From positions 352,001 through 416,000 of the forward strand of contig CAWKDC010000001.1 in the NCBI GenBank assembly GCA_963848305.1: a DNA stretch of 64,000 nucleotides, read 5' to 3'. Positions 12,588 to 23,006 of the stretch are shown piece by piece. A program made the position numbers and the translations under genes. The notes beneath the pieces were generated by a model. That model saw only the letters and a program-made list of their open reading frames with translations. It searched no databases and was not told the DNA's origin. Origin of the DNA: an uncultured Gammaproteobacteria bacterium. GTDB taxonomy: Bacteria; Pseudomonadota; Gammaproteobacteria; JABCZS01. Each line of letters begins with the position of its first letter. Within the stretch, counting starts at the first letter, position 1.

Positions 12588-13281
12588 TTTTTAATAACTC
12601 CAAGGCCTTTTCAGCAGCTTCTTGTTCTGCTTTGCGACGGCTTTCGCCTCGCCCTTCTGTTGTCAATGGGGGTGATTCGATCATGCAAGTGACAACAAAT
12701 GCTTGATTGTGAGATTCACCTTGAATCGCAGCAATGAGATACTTGGGAAGTGGCTGTTTGTGTGCCTGAAGCCATTCTTGAAGTTGTGTTTTAGGATCTT
12801 TCTGGTTCATGGTGAGTGACATACTCTCGAGCCGCGGACCGTACCAATCTAACACATGTGCTTTCATCGTGTCGAAATTTGAATCCAAATAAATTGCGGC
12901 AATCACGGCTTCTAGGGCGTCAGCCACAATAGATGGTCGTTTTGCGCCACCACTTTTTAATTCACCGACGCCTAATTTCAGATAATCACCAAGATTAAAT
13001 TGATCAGCAACATCTGCCAATGTTTCGCCACGAACACACATTGCACGAAGCCTCGTGAGCTCTCCTTCTGAGGCGCGCGTAAATTTTTTGTATAACGCTT
13101 CAGCCATGACTAAGTTGACCAAAGAATCGCCCAAGAATTCAAATCGCTCATTATTTTTAGCGCCCGCACTGCAATGTGTCAAAGCAACATTCAATAATTC
13201 AATGTCATTAAATGTGTATCTCATGGCCGCTTGCAGCGGCAACAATGATTTAGGCTCAATGGATTTTTTACTCAATCGCAT
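12577..13281 (-). CDS. rnc: ribonuclease III
   Basis: NERFEFLGDS signature plus C-terminal dsRBD. Confidence 0.97.
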   Translation of the reverse strand: MRLSKKSIEPKSLLPLQAAMRYTFNDIELLNVALTHCSAGAKNNERFEFLGDSLVNLVMAEALYKKFTRASEGELTRLRAMCVRGETLADVADQFNLGDYLKLGVGELKSGGAKRPSIVADALEAVIAAIYLDSNFDTMKAHVLDWYGPRLESMSLTMNQKDPKTQLQEWLQAHKQPLPKYLIAAIQGESHNQAFVVTCMIESPPLTTEGRGESRRKAEQEAAEKALELLKNEP

Positions 13282-14032
13282 CCCCCGTTCTGTTCCAGCG
13301 CATATTGAATTGTTTTGTATCTACGCTGATCATAATGCGAAACGCTTCACCTTTCATCAGCGCATCGGGCACGAAACCCCACACGCGACTGTCTCCGCTG
13401 TCATCACGGTTATCGCCCATCACAAAATAATGACCTTCAGGGACTTTACCTGAAAATGTGAGTCCATCTCCAGGACGCTCAAAAATATCATGTTTAACAC
13501 CCATCAAATCCTCTTTGTACATACGGACAAAATAAGGACTGCCATCGACAGGATCAACATAATCAGATTCGATGAATGTTTTTGGAACTGGTTTTCCATT
13601 AATGGTGAGCTCTTTATTGACGTAAACAATCTCGTCGCCCGGCAAACCTATCACGCGTTTAATAAAGTTTTCAGTCGGCTTGGGGGGGTAACGGAATACA
13701 ACCACATCCCCTCTGTCAGGATCTGTGCCTAAAGATAACCGTTTATCGATCACCGGAAAATACCAACCGTATTTGAATTTATTGACCAAAACAAAATCGC
13801 CTTCCAGCAAAGTAGGCTTCATGGAGCCAGATGGGATTCGGTAAGGCTCGATCACGAATGTACGAACACAAAACACAATGATGAATACTGGAAACAGTTC
13901 ATAGGCGAGGCTCAACAACCAAGGCATTTTACCTGAACCCCGTTTCTTTCTGAAAAACAACGTATCCACAACCACGATGACCGTACTTAATACAGCCAGT
14001 ACAAATAATAATCCAGCAAAATCCATATACAT
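13268..14032 (-). CDS. lepB: signal peptidase I
   Basis: IPSGSMKPTL, IKRVIGLPGD, GDNRDDSGDSR. Confidence 0.97.
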   Translation of the reverse strand: MYMDFAGLLFVLAVLSTVIVVVDTLFFRKKRGSGKMPWLLSLAYELFPVFIIVFCVRTFVIEPYRIPSGSMKPTLLEGDFVLVNKFKYGWYFPVIDKRLSLGTDPDRGDVVVFRYPPKPTENFIKRVIGLPGDEIVYVNKELTINGKPVPKTFIESDYVDPVDGSPYFVRMYKEDLMGVKHDIFERPGDGLTFSGKVPEGHYFVMGDNRDDSGDSRVWGFVPDALMKGEAFRIMISVDTKQFNMRWNRTGDAIE

Positions 14033-14033
14033 A

Positions 14034-15824
14034 TTATTTATCCACCTTTAAAATAGCAAGAAAAGCCTCTTGCGGCACCTCAACGCGACCAATTTGTTTC
14101 ATGCGTTTTTTACCCTTCTTTTGTTTGTCGAGTAATTTTTTCTTTCGTGAAATATCACCCCCATAACACTTTGCCAAAACGTTTTTCCGTAAAGCCTTCA
14201 CGTTGGTTCTCGCGATGATCTGCGCGCCAATGGCCGCTTGAATCGCCACATCAAACATTTGACGCGGGATCAGTTCCTTCATGCGATCAGCCAATTGCCG
14301 TCCTCGTGATTGCGAAATGCTACGATGCACAATCAATGCGAGGGCGTCAATTTTCTCGCCATTGATCATGATGTCCAGCTTCACCAAATCAGAGGGCTGA
14401 AAATAAGCAAAATGATAATCCAATGATGCAAAGCCGCGCGAACAAGATTTCAATCGATCAAAGAAATCCAGCACCACTTCATTCATGGGGATTTCATACG
14501 TGAGCGATACTTGACGCCCGGTGTAATGCATTTTTTTCTGCACGCCACGCTTTTCAATGCACAGCGTGATCACGTTGCCAAGATAATCCTGCGGCACCAA
14601 TATATTCACCGTGGCGATGGGTTCGCGGAACTCACGGATGCTGCCAGATTCAGGTAAATCTTCAGGATTAGAAATGTGAGCAATATCCCCCGCATTGGTG
14701 ACAATTTCATACACCACCGTCGGCGGTGTGGTGATCAAATCCAAATCATATTCACGCTCCAGCCGTTCTTGCACAATTTCCATGTGCAACAACCCTAAAA
14801 AGCCGCAGCGAAAACCAAAGCCCAATGCTGTCGATGTTTCAGGTTCGTAAACGAGCGATGCATCGTTCAAACACAGCTTAGACAATGCTTCGCGAAAATC
14901 TTCATAATCGGTTGAATCGATAGGAAACAAACCCGCATAAACTTGTGGATGAACCACTTTAAAACCGGGCAAGGCTTCTGTGGCTCCATGAACCGCAGAC
15001 GTGAGCGTATCGCCCACAGGTGCGCCCGTGACCTCTTTCACCCCCGCGACAACATAACCTACTTCACCCGCGCTCAGTTGATCGCGTTCTTTGCGCTTCG
15101 GCGTGAAAATCCCCACGGTGCCAACATCATAGGCTTTTCCTGTTGACATGACACGGATCTTTTCGCCTTTTTTCAAGACGCCATTCTTGATACGCACCAA
15201 TGACACAACGCCGAGATATGTATCAAACCAAGAATCAATGATCAATGCTTGTAGAGGGGCTTCTGGATCGCCAACAGGCGGAGGAATACGCGTAACCAGT
15301 AGATCGAGTGCTTCTTGAATCCCCAAACCAAGTTTTGCACTGATGGCCGTGGCATTAGTTGCCTCTATCCCAATAATATCTTCAATTTCAAACTTGACTC
15401 GTTCGGGATCCGCCTGAGGCAAATCAATTTTATTCAATACTGGAACCACTTCCAGCCCTTGCTCAATGGCGGTATAGCAATTAGCAACAGTTTGAGCTTC
15501 AACACCCTGACTGGCATCGACCACCAACAGCGCGCCTTCGCACGCTGCCAGCGATCGGGACACTTCATAAGAAAAATCAACATGGCCAGGTGTATCGATA
15601 AAATTCAATAAATAAACTTGGCCATCAGACGCCTTGAAATTCAACGATACACATTGCGCTTTGATGGTAATCCCACGTTCGCGCTCAATGTCCATGGAAT
15701 CCAGGACTTGATCCTGCATTTCACGGGCCTCTAGCCCGCCGCAGAGTTGGATAATTCTGTCGGCGAGCGTCGATTTCCCGTGATCAATATGCGCAATGAT
15801 TGAAAAGTTTCTAATGTTCTTCAT
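14034..15824 (-). CDS. lepA: elongation factor 4
   Basis: [26 protein letters not shown]. Confidence 0.99.
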   Translation of the reverse strand: MKNIRNFSIIAHIDHGKSTLADRIIQLCGGLEAREMQDQVLDSMDIERERGITIKAQCVSLNFKASDGQVYLLNFIDTPGHVDFSYEVSRSLAACEGALLVVDASQGVEAQTVANCYTAIEQGLEVVPVLNKIDLPQADPERVKFEIEDIIGIEATNATAISAKLGLGIQEALDLLVTRIPPPVGDPEAPLQALIIDSWFDTYLGVVSLVRIKNGVLKKGEKIRVMSTGKAYDVGTVGIFTPKRKERDQLSAGEVGYVVAGVKEVTGAPVGDTLTSAVHGATEALPGFKVVHPQVYAGLFPIDSTDYEDFREALSKLCLNDASLVYEPETSTALGFGFRCGFLGLLHMEIVQERLEREYDLDLITTPPTVVYEIVTNAGDIAHISNPEDLPESGSIREFREPIATVNILVPQDYLGNVITLCIEKRGVQKKMHYTGRQVSLTYEIPMNEVVLDFFDRLKSCSRGFASLDYHFAYFQPSDLVKLDIMINGEKIDALALIVHRSISQSRGRQLADRMKELIPRQMFDVAIQAAIGAQIIARTNVKALRKNVLAKCYGGDISRKKKLLDKQKKGKKRMKQIGRVEVPQEAFLAILKVDK

Positions 15825-17216
15825 GGTAACCGAATGGCCAGGTAACGTTGTCCCAGGTCACGACGACCCATGAGTATCGATACCAGTGACTTGGGCTTGA
15901 CACCCGCCACTGCCCTATCGAAATCTTCCTTGCTCTTCAGTACTACACCGTTGATCATAAAGACCACATCACCGCGACGAAGACCCGCATAAGCAGCAGG
16001 ACTGTCACGACCAATGGCCTCAATCAAGACGCCCTCCGTCAGCTCGAGCTGTTTCTTCTCGTCTGAGGAAAGATCCCGGGCTTGAATACCCAGAATATTC
16101 ATCTTCATCTTTTTAGACTCTTGATAAGGTGTATGCTCTTCTTCCTGAGCCAACGCCCCGACCTTAAGAGTGATTGTCTTATTGACGCCTTGACGCAAAA
16201 TATCCATCTTCACCGTGGTACCAGGCTTGGTAAACCCGACCAGGTGAGGCAGTTCATTGGCCGAAGGAACGGGATGACCATTAAACGTCATGATGATATC
16301 GCCATTCTTAAGACCCGCTTTTGCGGCAGGGCTGTCATCAATCACATCTGCCACCAAGGCGCCCTTGGGCTGACTCAACCCAAAGGATTCAGCCAAGTCT
16401 TTATCCATTTGCTGAAAGGAAACGCCCAACCAACCGCGCTCCACTTTACCATTGGCCTTGAGTTGTTGAATCACATCTTTTGCAACATCAGACGGAATGG
16501 CGAAAGACAAGCCCAAATAACCGCCCGTACGGGAGACGATTTGTGAATTCACCCCAACAACCTCCCCTTTCATATTAAACAAGGAACCCCCAGAGCTGCC
16601 TGGATTTATGGCCACGTCGGTTTGAATAAAGGGGACATATTTATCGCTTTGCAAACCACGTCCCTTTGCACTGACAATCCCTTGAGTCACACTGTAATCG
16701 AACCCAAATGGCGAACCAATTGCAAACACCCATTCACCCACTTTCAAATCAGCAGATGACCCAAATTTAACCACCGGCAACTTCCGATTCACCTCGATTT
16801 TAAGCAGAGCTAAGTCACTGGTAGGATCCGTGCCAATGACTTTGGCGGGATAATCAATCTCATCGCTAAGACCAACGACAATACTATCGGCATCCTTGAT
16901 GACGTGGTTGTTCGTCAGAATATAACCATCTTCAGAAATGATAAACCCAGAACCCAAGGAGTGGGCTGGACGTTCTGGTCAGATTCTCTTGAGGAATGCG
17001 AAATTGTGGCCCCAAAAAGCGCTGAATGATTTCATTGTATTCATCTAACTCTGGACCAGCATGCCCACCTTTTGAGGCCCGGGTTGTGCTGATATTGACA
17101 ACACTGGGACTCAAGGTTTCCGCGTAACGAGAGAAGTCAGGCAAATCAGCAAACAGCTGAACCGACACCAACAATAAGGCGACATATAAAAACTTGGCTA
17201 CTCTATTGATTAACAT
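15821..17216 (-). CDS. DegP/MucD-like periplasmic serine endoprotease, two PDZ domains (apparent frameshift ~16980)
   Basis: Signal peptide and PSVVNIST in ORF 16932-17216; [28 protein letters not shown] in ORF 15821-16957. Confidence 0.9.
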
Positions 17217-17330
17217 AGGCTGTTCCTCCTGAAAGTCCTAAAAGATCGGTGTATTGTATACCTTTTTAAGGTATATGAGCAAATTTAAATCATGGGTTAT
17301 AATCAATCAAGTCATTCAAACGAGGCGCTC

Positions 17331-18260
17331 ATGTCCATCCTTTCTCCCTACATGCATTTTTCGCGCGATAACTGGCGCGAATACCGCGGCGACACCCCGT
17401 TATCACTCACAGAGGACGAACTCGCCACGTTAAGAGGGTTTAATGAGTCAGTCTCCATCTCTGAGGTCGAGGACATTTATCTCCCCCTCTCGCGCCTACT
17501 CAATTTATATGTCACAGAAACACAAAGTCTGCATACCACGACCAGCCGATTTTTACACCGCCAAGCCCCTAAACTGCCTTACATCATTGGGGTCTCGGGT
17601 AGCGTGGCTGTGGGCAAAAGCACCACAAGCCGTATTTTACAAACCTTACTCACACGCTGGCCTAATCATCCCAAAGTCTCCCTTGTCTCGACGGACGGAT
17701 TTTTATACCCATCACGAATATTAGAGGAAAAGGGTTTAATGGAACGAAAGGGTTTTCCAGAAAGCTATGATCGTCCCGCCCTTCTACAATTTTTAAGTGA
17801 TTTAAAATCCGGCAAACCAACCGTCACGGTGCCCGCCTATTCCCATGCCGTGTATGACATCATCGATAAAGTTGACACCATTCACACACCTGATATTTTA
17901 ATCATTGAAGGATTGAATATTTTACAAATACCGGATGTGGCGGCAACCCAGCGATTATACGTGTCCGATTTTATCGATTTTAATATTTTTGTGGACGCTC
18001 CAACTGCTATCATTAAATCATGGTTTCTTGAGCGCTTTCGCGCATTTCGCGAACAAGCGCAAGGGAAGCCCGACCTATTTTTTCATCAATTCACGTTGAT
18101 GAGCGATATAGAGGCGATGACATTTGCGGATCATATTTGGGAAAGCATCAACGCACCCAATTTGCGCAACAATATTTTGCCTTATAAATATCGCGCACCA
18201 TTAATATTGCAAAAAGGATCGAACCATGGGATTGAACATGTCTATCTTAAACGCGTGTAA
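17331..18260 (+). CDS. coaA: type I pantothenate kinase
   Basis: IYLPLSRLL, GSVAVGKSTT, KGFPESYD, IEGLN. Confidence 0.96.
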   Translation: MSILSPYMHFSRDNWREYRGDTPLSLTEDELATLRGFNESVSISEVEDIYLPLSRLLNLYVTETQSLHTTTSRFLHRQAPKLPYIIGVSGSVAVGKSTTSRILQTLLTRWPNHPKVSLVSTDGFLYPSRILEEKGLMERKGFPESYDRPALLQFLSDLKSGKPTVTVPAYSHAVYDIIDKVDTIHTPDILIIEGLNILQIPDVAATQRLYVSDFIDFNIFVDAPTAIIKSWFLERFRAFREQAQGKPDLFFHQFTLMSDIEAMTFADHIWESINAPNLRNNILPYKYRAPLILQKGSNHGIEHVYLKRV

Positions 18261-18275
18261 AAGGGAACAACGATC

Positions 18276-18545
18276 ATGCTGAACACATTGACCCCCATCT
18301 TTATTTTATTATTCACTGTTACCACATCGGCTCATGCATTACCACGGTTAACAGAACCCTATGCCGCTGCAGTGTGTGACGACAACAGCCCCCCTTCCTG
18401 CGACAATATCCCTGAAGGCCAATCGGCTGTATGTGCGGATGGCAGCGCAGCGTTCTGCCGCATTTGGCGCTGGAAGGAGTATACCACCACAGATTCTATA
18501 TGCATCAGCGGAGCAGCGCTGTGCACGAGAGAGGCGACCCTTTAG
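18276..18545 (+). CDS. small secreted Cys-rich hypothetical protein
   Basis: RBS-like AGGGA, signal peptide ending SAHA, six Cys, internal AVCxDxSxxxC repeat. Confidence 0.6.
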   Translation: MLNTLTPIFILLFTVTTSAHALPRLTEPYAAAVCDDNSPPSCDNIPEGQSAVCADGSAAFCRIWRWKEYTTTDSICISGAALCTREATL

Positions 18546-18715
18546 CAATTTATTGGGATCAGGCCTCTGGCCTTTATGCGTTATATTAATCAGGGTCTTA
18601 GCGGATGACCATGCATATCGGTTACCTTCAAGCCTTTTCCAAGGCTGGATAAATAACTTGCATATTCAACCCTTTTATGGTACCCTGCAAACTCTCAATA
18701 GAGCGAGGTGATATC

Positions 18716-19306
18716 ATGGTGAGATTTTCAGATGCAACTAATGGGGCGCTACAAAAGTTATATGATATAAAAAGGGATCTTGAAGAAACAAAAAAGAGTG
18801 CCATTGAACAGTTAACCCCCATTTATGTGCATTGGCTAAACGAGCAGCAATATATTGAACAACAATTTCGCAGCGTCATGTACTTTCTTGAAAACACAAA
18901 GATAGAAGAGACAGACTGTGCCTGGCATAAAAAATGTCATCAATATCAAAAATTGCTTATGTACGTCGCCAGCCATCCTAAATCCACAATGGCCAATAAA
19001 GCACTTCTGGAAAGAACTGGTAAAGAAATCGCGGCAGATATTGCCTCACCAAACCTTCCAAAAGATAAGACACTTTATTTTCTTAAACGTTTTAAAATGT
19101 TTTCAGAATCACTCTTGGAATATAATACAAATCTGATCACAGCCAAAGATGGCTTTATCAAGATCAACAAAGACATTGATGATATATCAAATGATTTTCA
19201 CAAACATATGAATGACATTACTCAATCCATCAATGCCTTCACATGCGACGATGGTTCGACACTGGATACGGGTTTCCCACTGGAAACTCATCAAGCGTTC
19301 AAATAA
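18716..19306 (+). CDS. hypothetical helical/coiled-coil protein
   Basis: 197-codon AT-rich ORF with GAGGTG RBS; no family recognised. Confidence 0.65.
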   Translation: MVRFSDATNGALQKLYDIKRDLEETKKSAIEQLTPIYVHWLNEQQYIEQQFRSVMYFLENTKIEETDCAWHKKCHQYQKLLMYVASHPKSTMANKALLERTGKEIAADIASPNLPKDKTLYFLKRFKMFSESLLEYNTNLITAKDGFIKINKDIDDISNDFHKHMNDITQSINAFTCDDGSTLDTGFPLETHQAFK

Positions 19307-19323
19307 ATAACCTTGCGCTGAAC

Positions 19324-19875
19324 TCAGCCCATTAAAAATGGCTTCAGCGCTTGATCAATCATGGCGCGCGCACGAAACAAACGTGAGCGCACCGTTCCAA
19401 TTGGGCAGCCTAATTTCGCTGCCATTTCATCATATGATAAATTCTCGTTATCCCGAAGCATGATCACTTTCCTGAGTTCGATCGGTAAAGCTGCCATGGA
19501 TTTGGCAATTTGTTTTTCGATTTCTTCACAGATCAACAAATGTTCTGGGGAGCCGGATTCGTACAATCCAATATCAGACAAGCATTGATCAATATCACAA
19601 TGCAACGGCAGTCGTGCGCGCGCGATCAAAAAGTTCTTCGTTGCGTTTTGCGCAATGCGATATAACCATGAATAAAATGCACTGTCTCCACGAAATCCAT
19701 CAATCCCGCGATACGCACGTAAAAATGTTTCTTGGACAATATCAGATATGTCGCTCGGATCATCGACCCACAGACGAACGATCGATTCAACACGACGTTG
19801 GTATTTTGAGACAAGCAGATTGAATGGGCGTTTATCACCCTCCTGCACACGACGCACCAGCGTCCAATCAGGCAT
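19324..19875 (-). CDS. rpoE: ECF sigma factor, RpoE/AlgU type
   Basis: LVRRVQEGD, QETFLRAY, FRGDSAFYSWLYRIA, CPIGTVRSRLFRAR. Confidence 0.9.
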   Translation of the reverse strand: MPDWTLVRRVQEGDKRPFNLLVSKYQRRVESIVRLWVDDPSDISDIVQETFLRAYRGIDGFRGDSAFYSWLYRIAQNATKNFLIARARLPLHCDIDQCLSDIGLYESGSPEHLLICEEIEKQIAKSMAALPIELRKVIMLRDNENLSYDEMAAKLGCPIGTVRSRLFRARAMIDQALKPFLMG

Positions 19876-20327
19876 TATATTGACCAATTTAACCAACCTC
19901 TTAAACGACGAAATACATCTGTAGGGACACTGTCTGCCCACACAACGACTGGTTTAGAAAACCACGCACGATCTGCTTTAAAATATAATATGCACACGAA
20001 AGGTGTCGATATACTGCTGCCCTGCAATTGCATATCATTCCACATCCTGGTGCGGCTCTCTATGAAAAACAAACCATTATGTTGTTTGCGAACAGTGTGA
20101 ATAGCATGATATTGCGTATACACAAAAATGAGGGCAACTATCCCCAAATATGCCAATGCGAGGAAGCCAGCAGGCGACATCGGCATCGATACCCCAAACA
20201 ACAAGGCCGTGATGCCCATCACAATCGCCAACACTTTGAACGTCGGCGATGGCTTAATGTGTATGGCATCGATGGAAATCGCCGATGCGTTGGCAAATGG
20301 ACTGAAAGTATTCAGGTGCGTTTTCAT
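19875..20327 (-). CDS. YgfX/CptA-like inner membrane protein (start uncertain)
   Basis: Two TMs, C-terminal DS...FRRLR; downstream of sdhE. Confidence 0.7.
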   Translation of the reverse strand: MKTHLNTFSPFANASAISIDAIHIKPSPTFKVLAIVMGITALLFGVSMPMSPAGFLALAYLGIVALIFVYTQYHAIHTVRKQHNGLFFIESRTRMWNDMQLQGSSISTPFVCILYFKADRAWFSKPVVVWADSVPTDVFRRLRGWLNWSI

Positions 20328-20502
20328 AGGATAACAACCATTGATTTATGTCTTGATCGGGGGATTCCAGCAACGCAATAAATTGCTGCTGGACGGGTTC
20401 TGGGAGGGTGGCATAGCAGCCGTCATAAAAGCCCAATAATAAAATATCAAGCTCTAGCATGCCGCGACGGCATGCCCAACGGACTCTCTCGGGATGAACC
20501 AC
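20254..20502 (-). CDS. sdhE: FAD assembly factor SdhE
   Basis: WACRRGMLELD motif. Confidence 0.95.
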   Translation of the reverse strand: MVHPERVRWACRRGMLELDILLLGFYDGCYATLPEPVQQQFIALLESPDQDINQWLLSYENAPEYFQSICQRIGDFHRCHTH

Positions 20503-20614
20503 CTTGACTCCTCATACTTCGCTGAAAAGGACTCACAGTATACCCGAATTTGTGAGCAAATAACCAGAAACATACTATAATTATTTAAATAGCTTACATA
20601 TTAAGGAGGCTATC

Positions 20615-21373
20615 ATGATAACTAAGTTGATAATTTGGCGTACTTTTACAGACGCTCTGTCTAGGGTCGTTCGACATATCCCTCTGTATTTAAAGGGAAT
20701 AGCCGTTCCTTTGGCGATATTCATCGCATCGTTTATCCCCATGTTCTTTCAACCAGTACCCATGGAACCCGTACCAGGCATGATGCCAACAGCCAGCATG
20801 GGATTGATGGGGCTTATACCGCTCATTCAGCTGCTTTTGGTAATTTGGATAGGTAATATCGCCTACCGAATCACGCTGACTGGCGAACCAGGTAAACTCT
20901 GGTGAGCAATGCGTGAAACCTGGACAGTGATTTGGTTGATTTTATTGAATATCATCACAGCAATTGGTGCTGGTATCCCTGCTGTCATAGGCTACTTTGC
21001 TATAGGATTCATCAATCCTGTCGCAGCAATAGCGAGTGCTTTCGTGATATATGGATTAGGCAGTTATTATCTCTTATCGCGCCTGGTTCCATTAATCCCC
21101 AGCATTGCCATTGGTGAAAAGAAAAGCTTGGGTGACATATGGCACATGACCCACGGGAATGGTATCCGTATCATGATTGCGATGTTGTTACCTATACTGC
21201 TATTTCTCTTGACAGGCGCTGTATTAGGTAGCATTTTAGCTGTGCTTGGACTCACGCCAGCTGTTGGCATCATGATCCCCATCAGCATGGTCGTCGTTCA
21301 ATTGATCAGTATTGTCATCGTGTGCATCTTAGCGACATTGATTGCACTGATCTACCAACAACTGAAGCAATAA
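20615..21373 (+). CDS. polytopic membrane protein interrupted by an in-frame TGA at 20903-20905
   Basis: ORFs 20615-20905 and 20909-21373 are in the same frame; strong AAGGAGG RBS only before the first; about six TMs in total. Confidence 0.65.
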
Positions 21374-21383
21374 TGGATATTGG

Positions 21384-21417
21384 ATAAGCACCCGGTGATG
21401 CCGGGTGCTTATTTTTT
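21384..21417. terminator. intrinsic terminator between convergent genes
   Basis: ATAAGCACCCGG-tgatg-CCGGGTGCTTAT followed by T-run. Confidence 0.8.
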
Positions 21418-21727
21418 AGAATAAAATATCTATGCCGTGATCTTGCACAAGGTGTAGTAGCTTGAGGGCTGCTCCACCAGGTCTTTTTTCACCGATTTCC
21501 CACTGCTTCACTGCAGAGGGGCTTACATTCAAACAAGCCGCAAAAACAGGCTGGCTTAATTTAGCACTTAGTCTGATCTTTTTAATGGCAGATTTTGATA
21601 AAGGTTCTGCAGGTTTAATACACATTGCATCAAATTCACGCATGGTTTTAACATCTAACAAGCCAGATTGATGCAGATCTTGAGCTGCCTGATGCACGCT
21701 CTCACAGATTCGACTCTTATATTTCAC
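21416..21727 (-). CDS. HigA-like XRE/HTH antitoxin
   Basis: TMREFD, IKKIR..LSQPVFA..LNVS..VKQWEIGEKRP; GTG start overlaps the toxin's 3' end. Confidence 0.88.
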   Translation of the reverse strand: MKYKSRICESVHQAAQDLHQSGLLDVKTMREFDAMCIKPAEPLSKSAIKKIRLSAKLSQPVFAACLNVSPSAVKQWEIGEKRPGGAALKLLHLVQDHGIDILF

Positions 21728-22090
21728 GAGAAATCTCCTGTAAATCACCATTCTTAAGTGCCTGCTCTATATCTTTAGTCGACATTGAAAGATATAGTTT
21801 TGCTAAATTCTCTAAAGCATTTTTATCTTCATCATTGATATTGTCTAATTCATTTTTCAAAAAACCATATAAAAAAAATACATGTTCATTCTGCCGATAG
21901 GCGATGATGTCCTTGCCCCTCCTCGCTTACCACGACCGCAGACAGGGATCCGCTTTTTATATAAAACACCCGTTAATCTTGCATCATACATACCGGACAA
22001 GAGCTCCATGGCAGCTTTATATAAAGCTTCATCATTAATCCATTGTTTTTTCTGCCATTTTATGAATGGCTTGTTCTTATATATGTTCAT
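21717..22090 (-). pseudogene. RelE/ParE (HigB-like) toxin with 1-nt frameshift ~21910
   Basis: KKRIP..GRGKRGGART, then continues in another frame as IIAYRQNEHVFFLYGFLKNELDNI...LQEISREI*. Confidence 0.8.
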
Positions 22091-22096
22091 TCTGAG

Positions 22097-22115
22097 TATA
22101 TCACTTAGTGTTATA
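22097..22115. promoter_or_regulatory. palindromic operator of the TA operon
   Basis: TATATCACTTAGTGTTATA immediately upstream of the toxin ATG, overlapping a TATACT -10-like box. Confidence 0.55.
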
Positions 22116-22211
22116 TTTATCAAATAGAAAAGTAAAATCATTTATTAAAATCATGAAATAACCCACTTTTCTTCCTTTTTCGCATGGGCATTATGCTAAA
22201 ATCATTCTATC

Positions 22212-22937
22212 ATGAACACACTCACCTACGGCATAGTCCATTGCAGCGGCGTTGATGCTGGCAAATTTTTACAAGGCCAGCTCAGTGCAGACATATTGTC
22301 ACTCACTGACACTCAAGGTGCACTTTCCTGCTATTTAAATCTCAAAGGACGAGTCATTGCCCTGATGTTCGTGGTCAAACGCCCTGATGGTTTTTGGTTG
22401 ATCATGCCGCAAGATACAATCCCCCTATTTTTACAAAAGCTTCAAAAAGTGATTGCGTTTTCAAAAGCTGCTTTAACTGATATCAGCAAGGATTATAAAG
22501 TGGAAGGTGAACTTTCAACGTCTGAAACATACCCTCTCTATCACGTGAAAACAGATGAAAAAGCGGTGATATTTTACATTCAACCAGAACGCGGCATTTC
22601 ATTACGCATTTTCAAAGAACCCGGCCCGGCTTCACTGTCTGATGAATTTTTAAAAGCATTGATGGATGCACGCATCCCCTGGATTGGTTTGGAACAAAGC
22701 GAAAAGTTTTTACCGCACTACATTAATTTAATTCCTTTGCATGCCGTCTCATTTGAGAAAGGGTGTTTCGTCGGCCAAGAAGTAGTGGCACGCATGCATT
22801 ACCGTGGGCATTTGAATAAACAACTCGAGGTGATCAGCCTTCCGCCAGGCACATTGCCTGAAGAAGACGAAGGTGAGATTGTGAATGCATTAGACTATTG
22901 GGATGAACGTTTGTATTTAATGAGTGTTGTAGTGTAG
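22212..22937 (+). CDS. ygfZ: folate-binding tRNA-modification/Fe-S protein YgfZ
   Basis: FLQGQLS, KGRV, SFEKGCFVGQEVVAR. Confidence 0.93.
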   Translation: MNTLTYGIVHCSGVDAGKFLQGQLSADILSLTDTQGALSCYLNLKGRVIALMFVVKRPDGFWLIMPQDTIPLFLQKLQKVIAFSKAALTDISKDYKVEGELSTSETYPLYHVKTDEKAVIFYIQPERGISLRIFKEPGPASLSDEFLKALMDARIPWIGLEQSEKFLPHYINLIPLHAVSFEKGCFVGQEVVARMHYRGHLNKQLEVISLPPGTLPEEDEGEIVNALDYWDERLYLMSVVV

Positions 22938-22954
22938 GGGTTCCCCTGAGCACC

Positions 22955-22994
22955 TCGTCATTCAGGGTCACGCTGCACGTACCCAGAATGACGA
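22955..22994. repeat. CGTC-type REP-like hairpin / possible bidirectional terminator
   Basis: TCGTCATTC...GAATGACGA inverted repeat between convergent ygfZ and lysS. Confidence 0.55.
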
Positions 22995-23006
22995 AAGCGT
23001 GTATTG

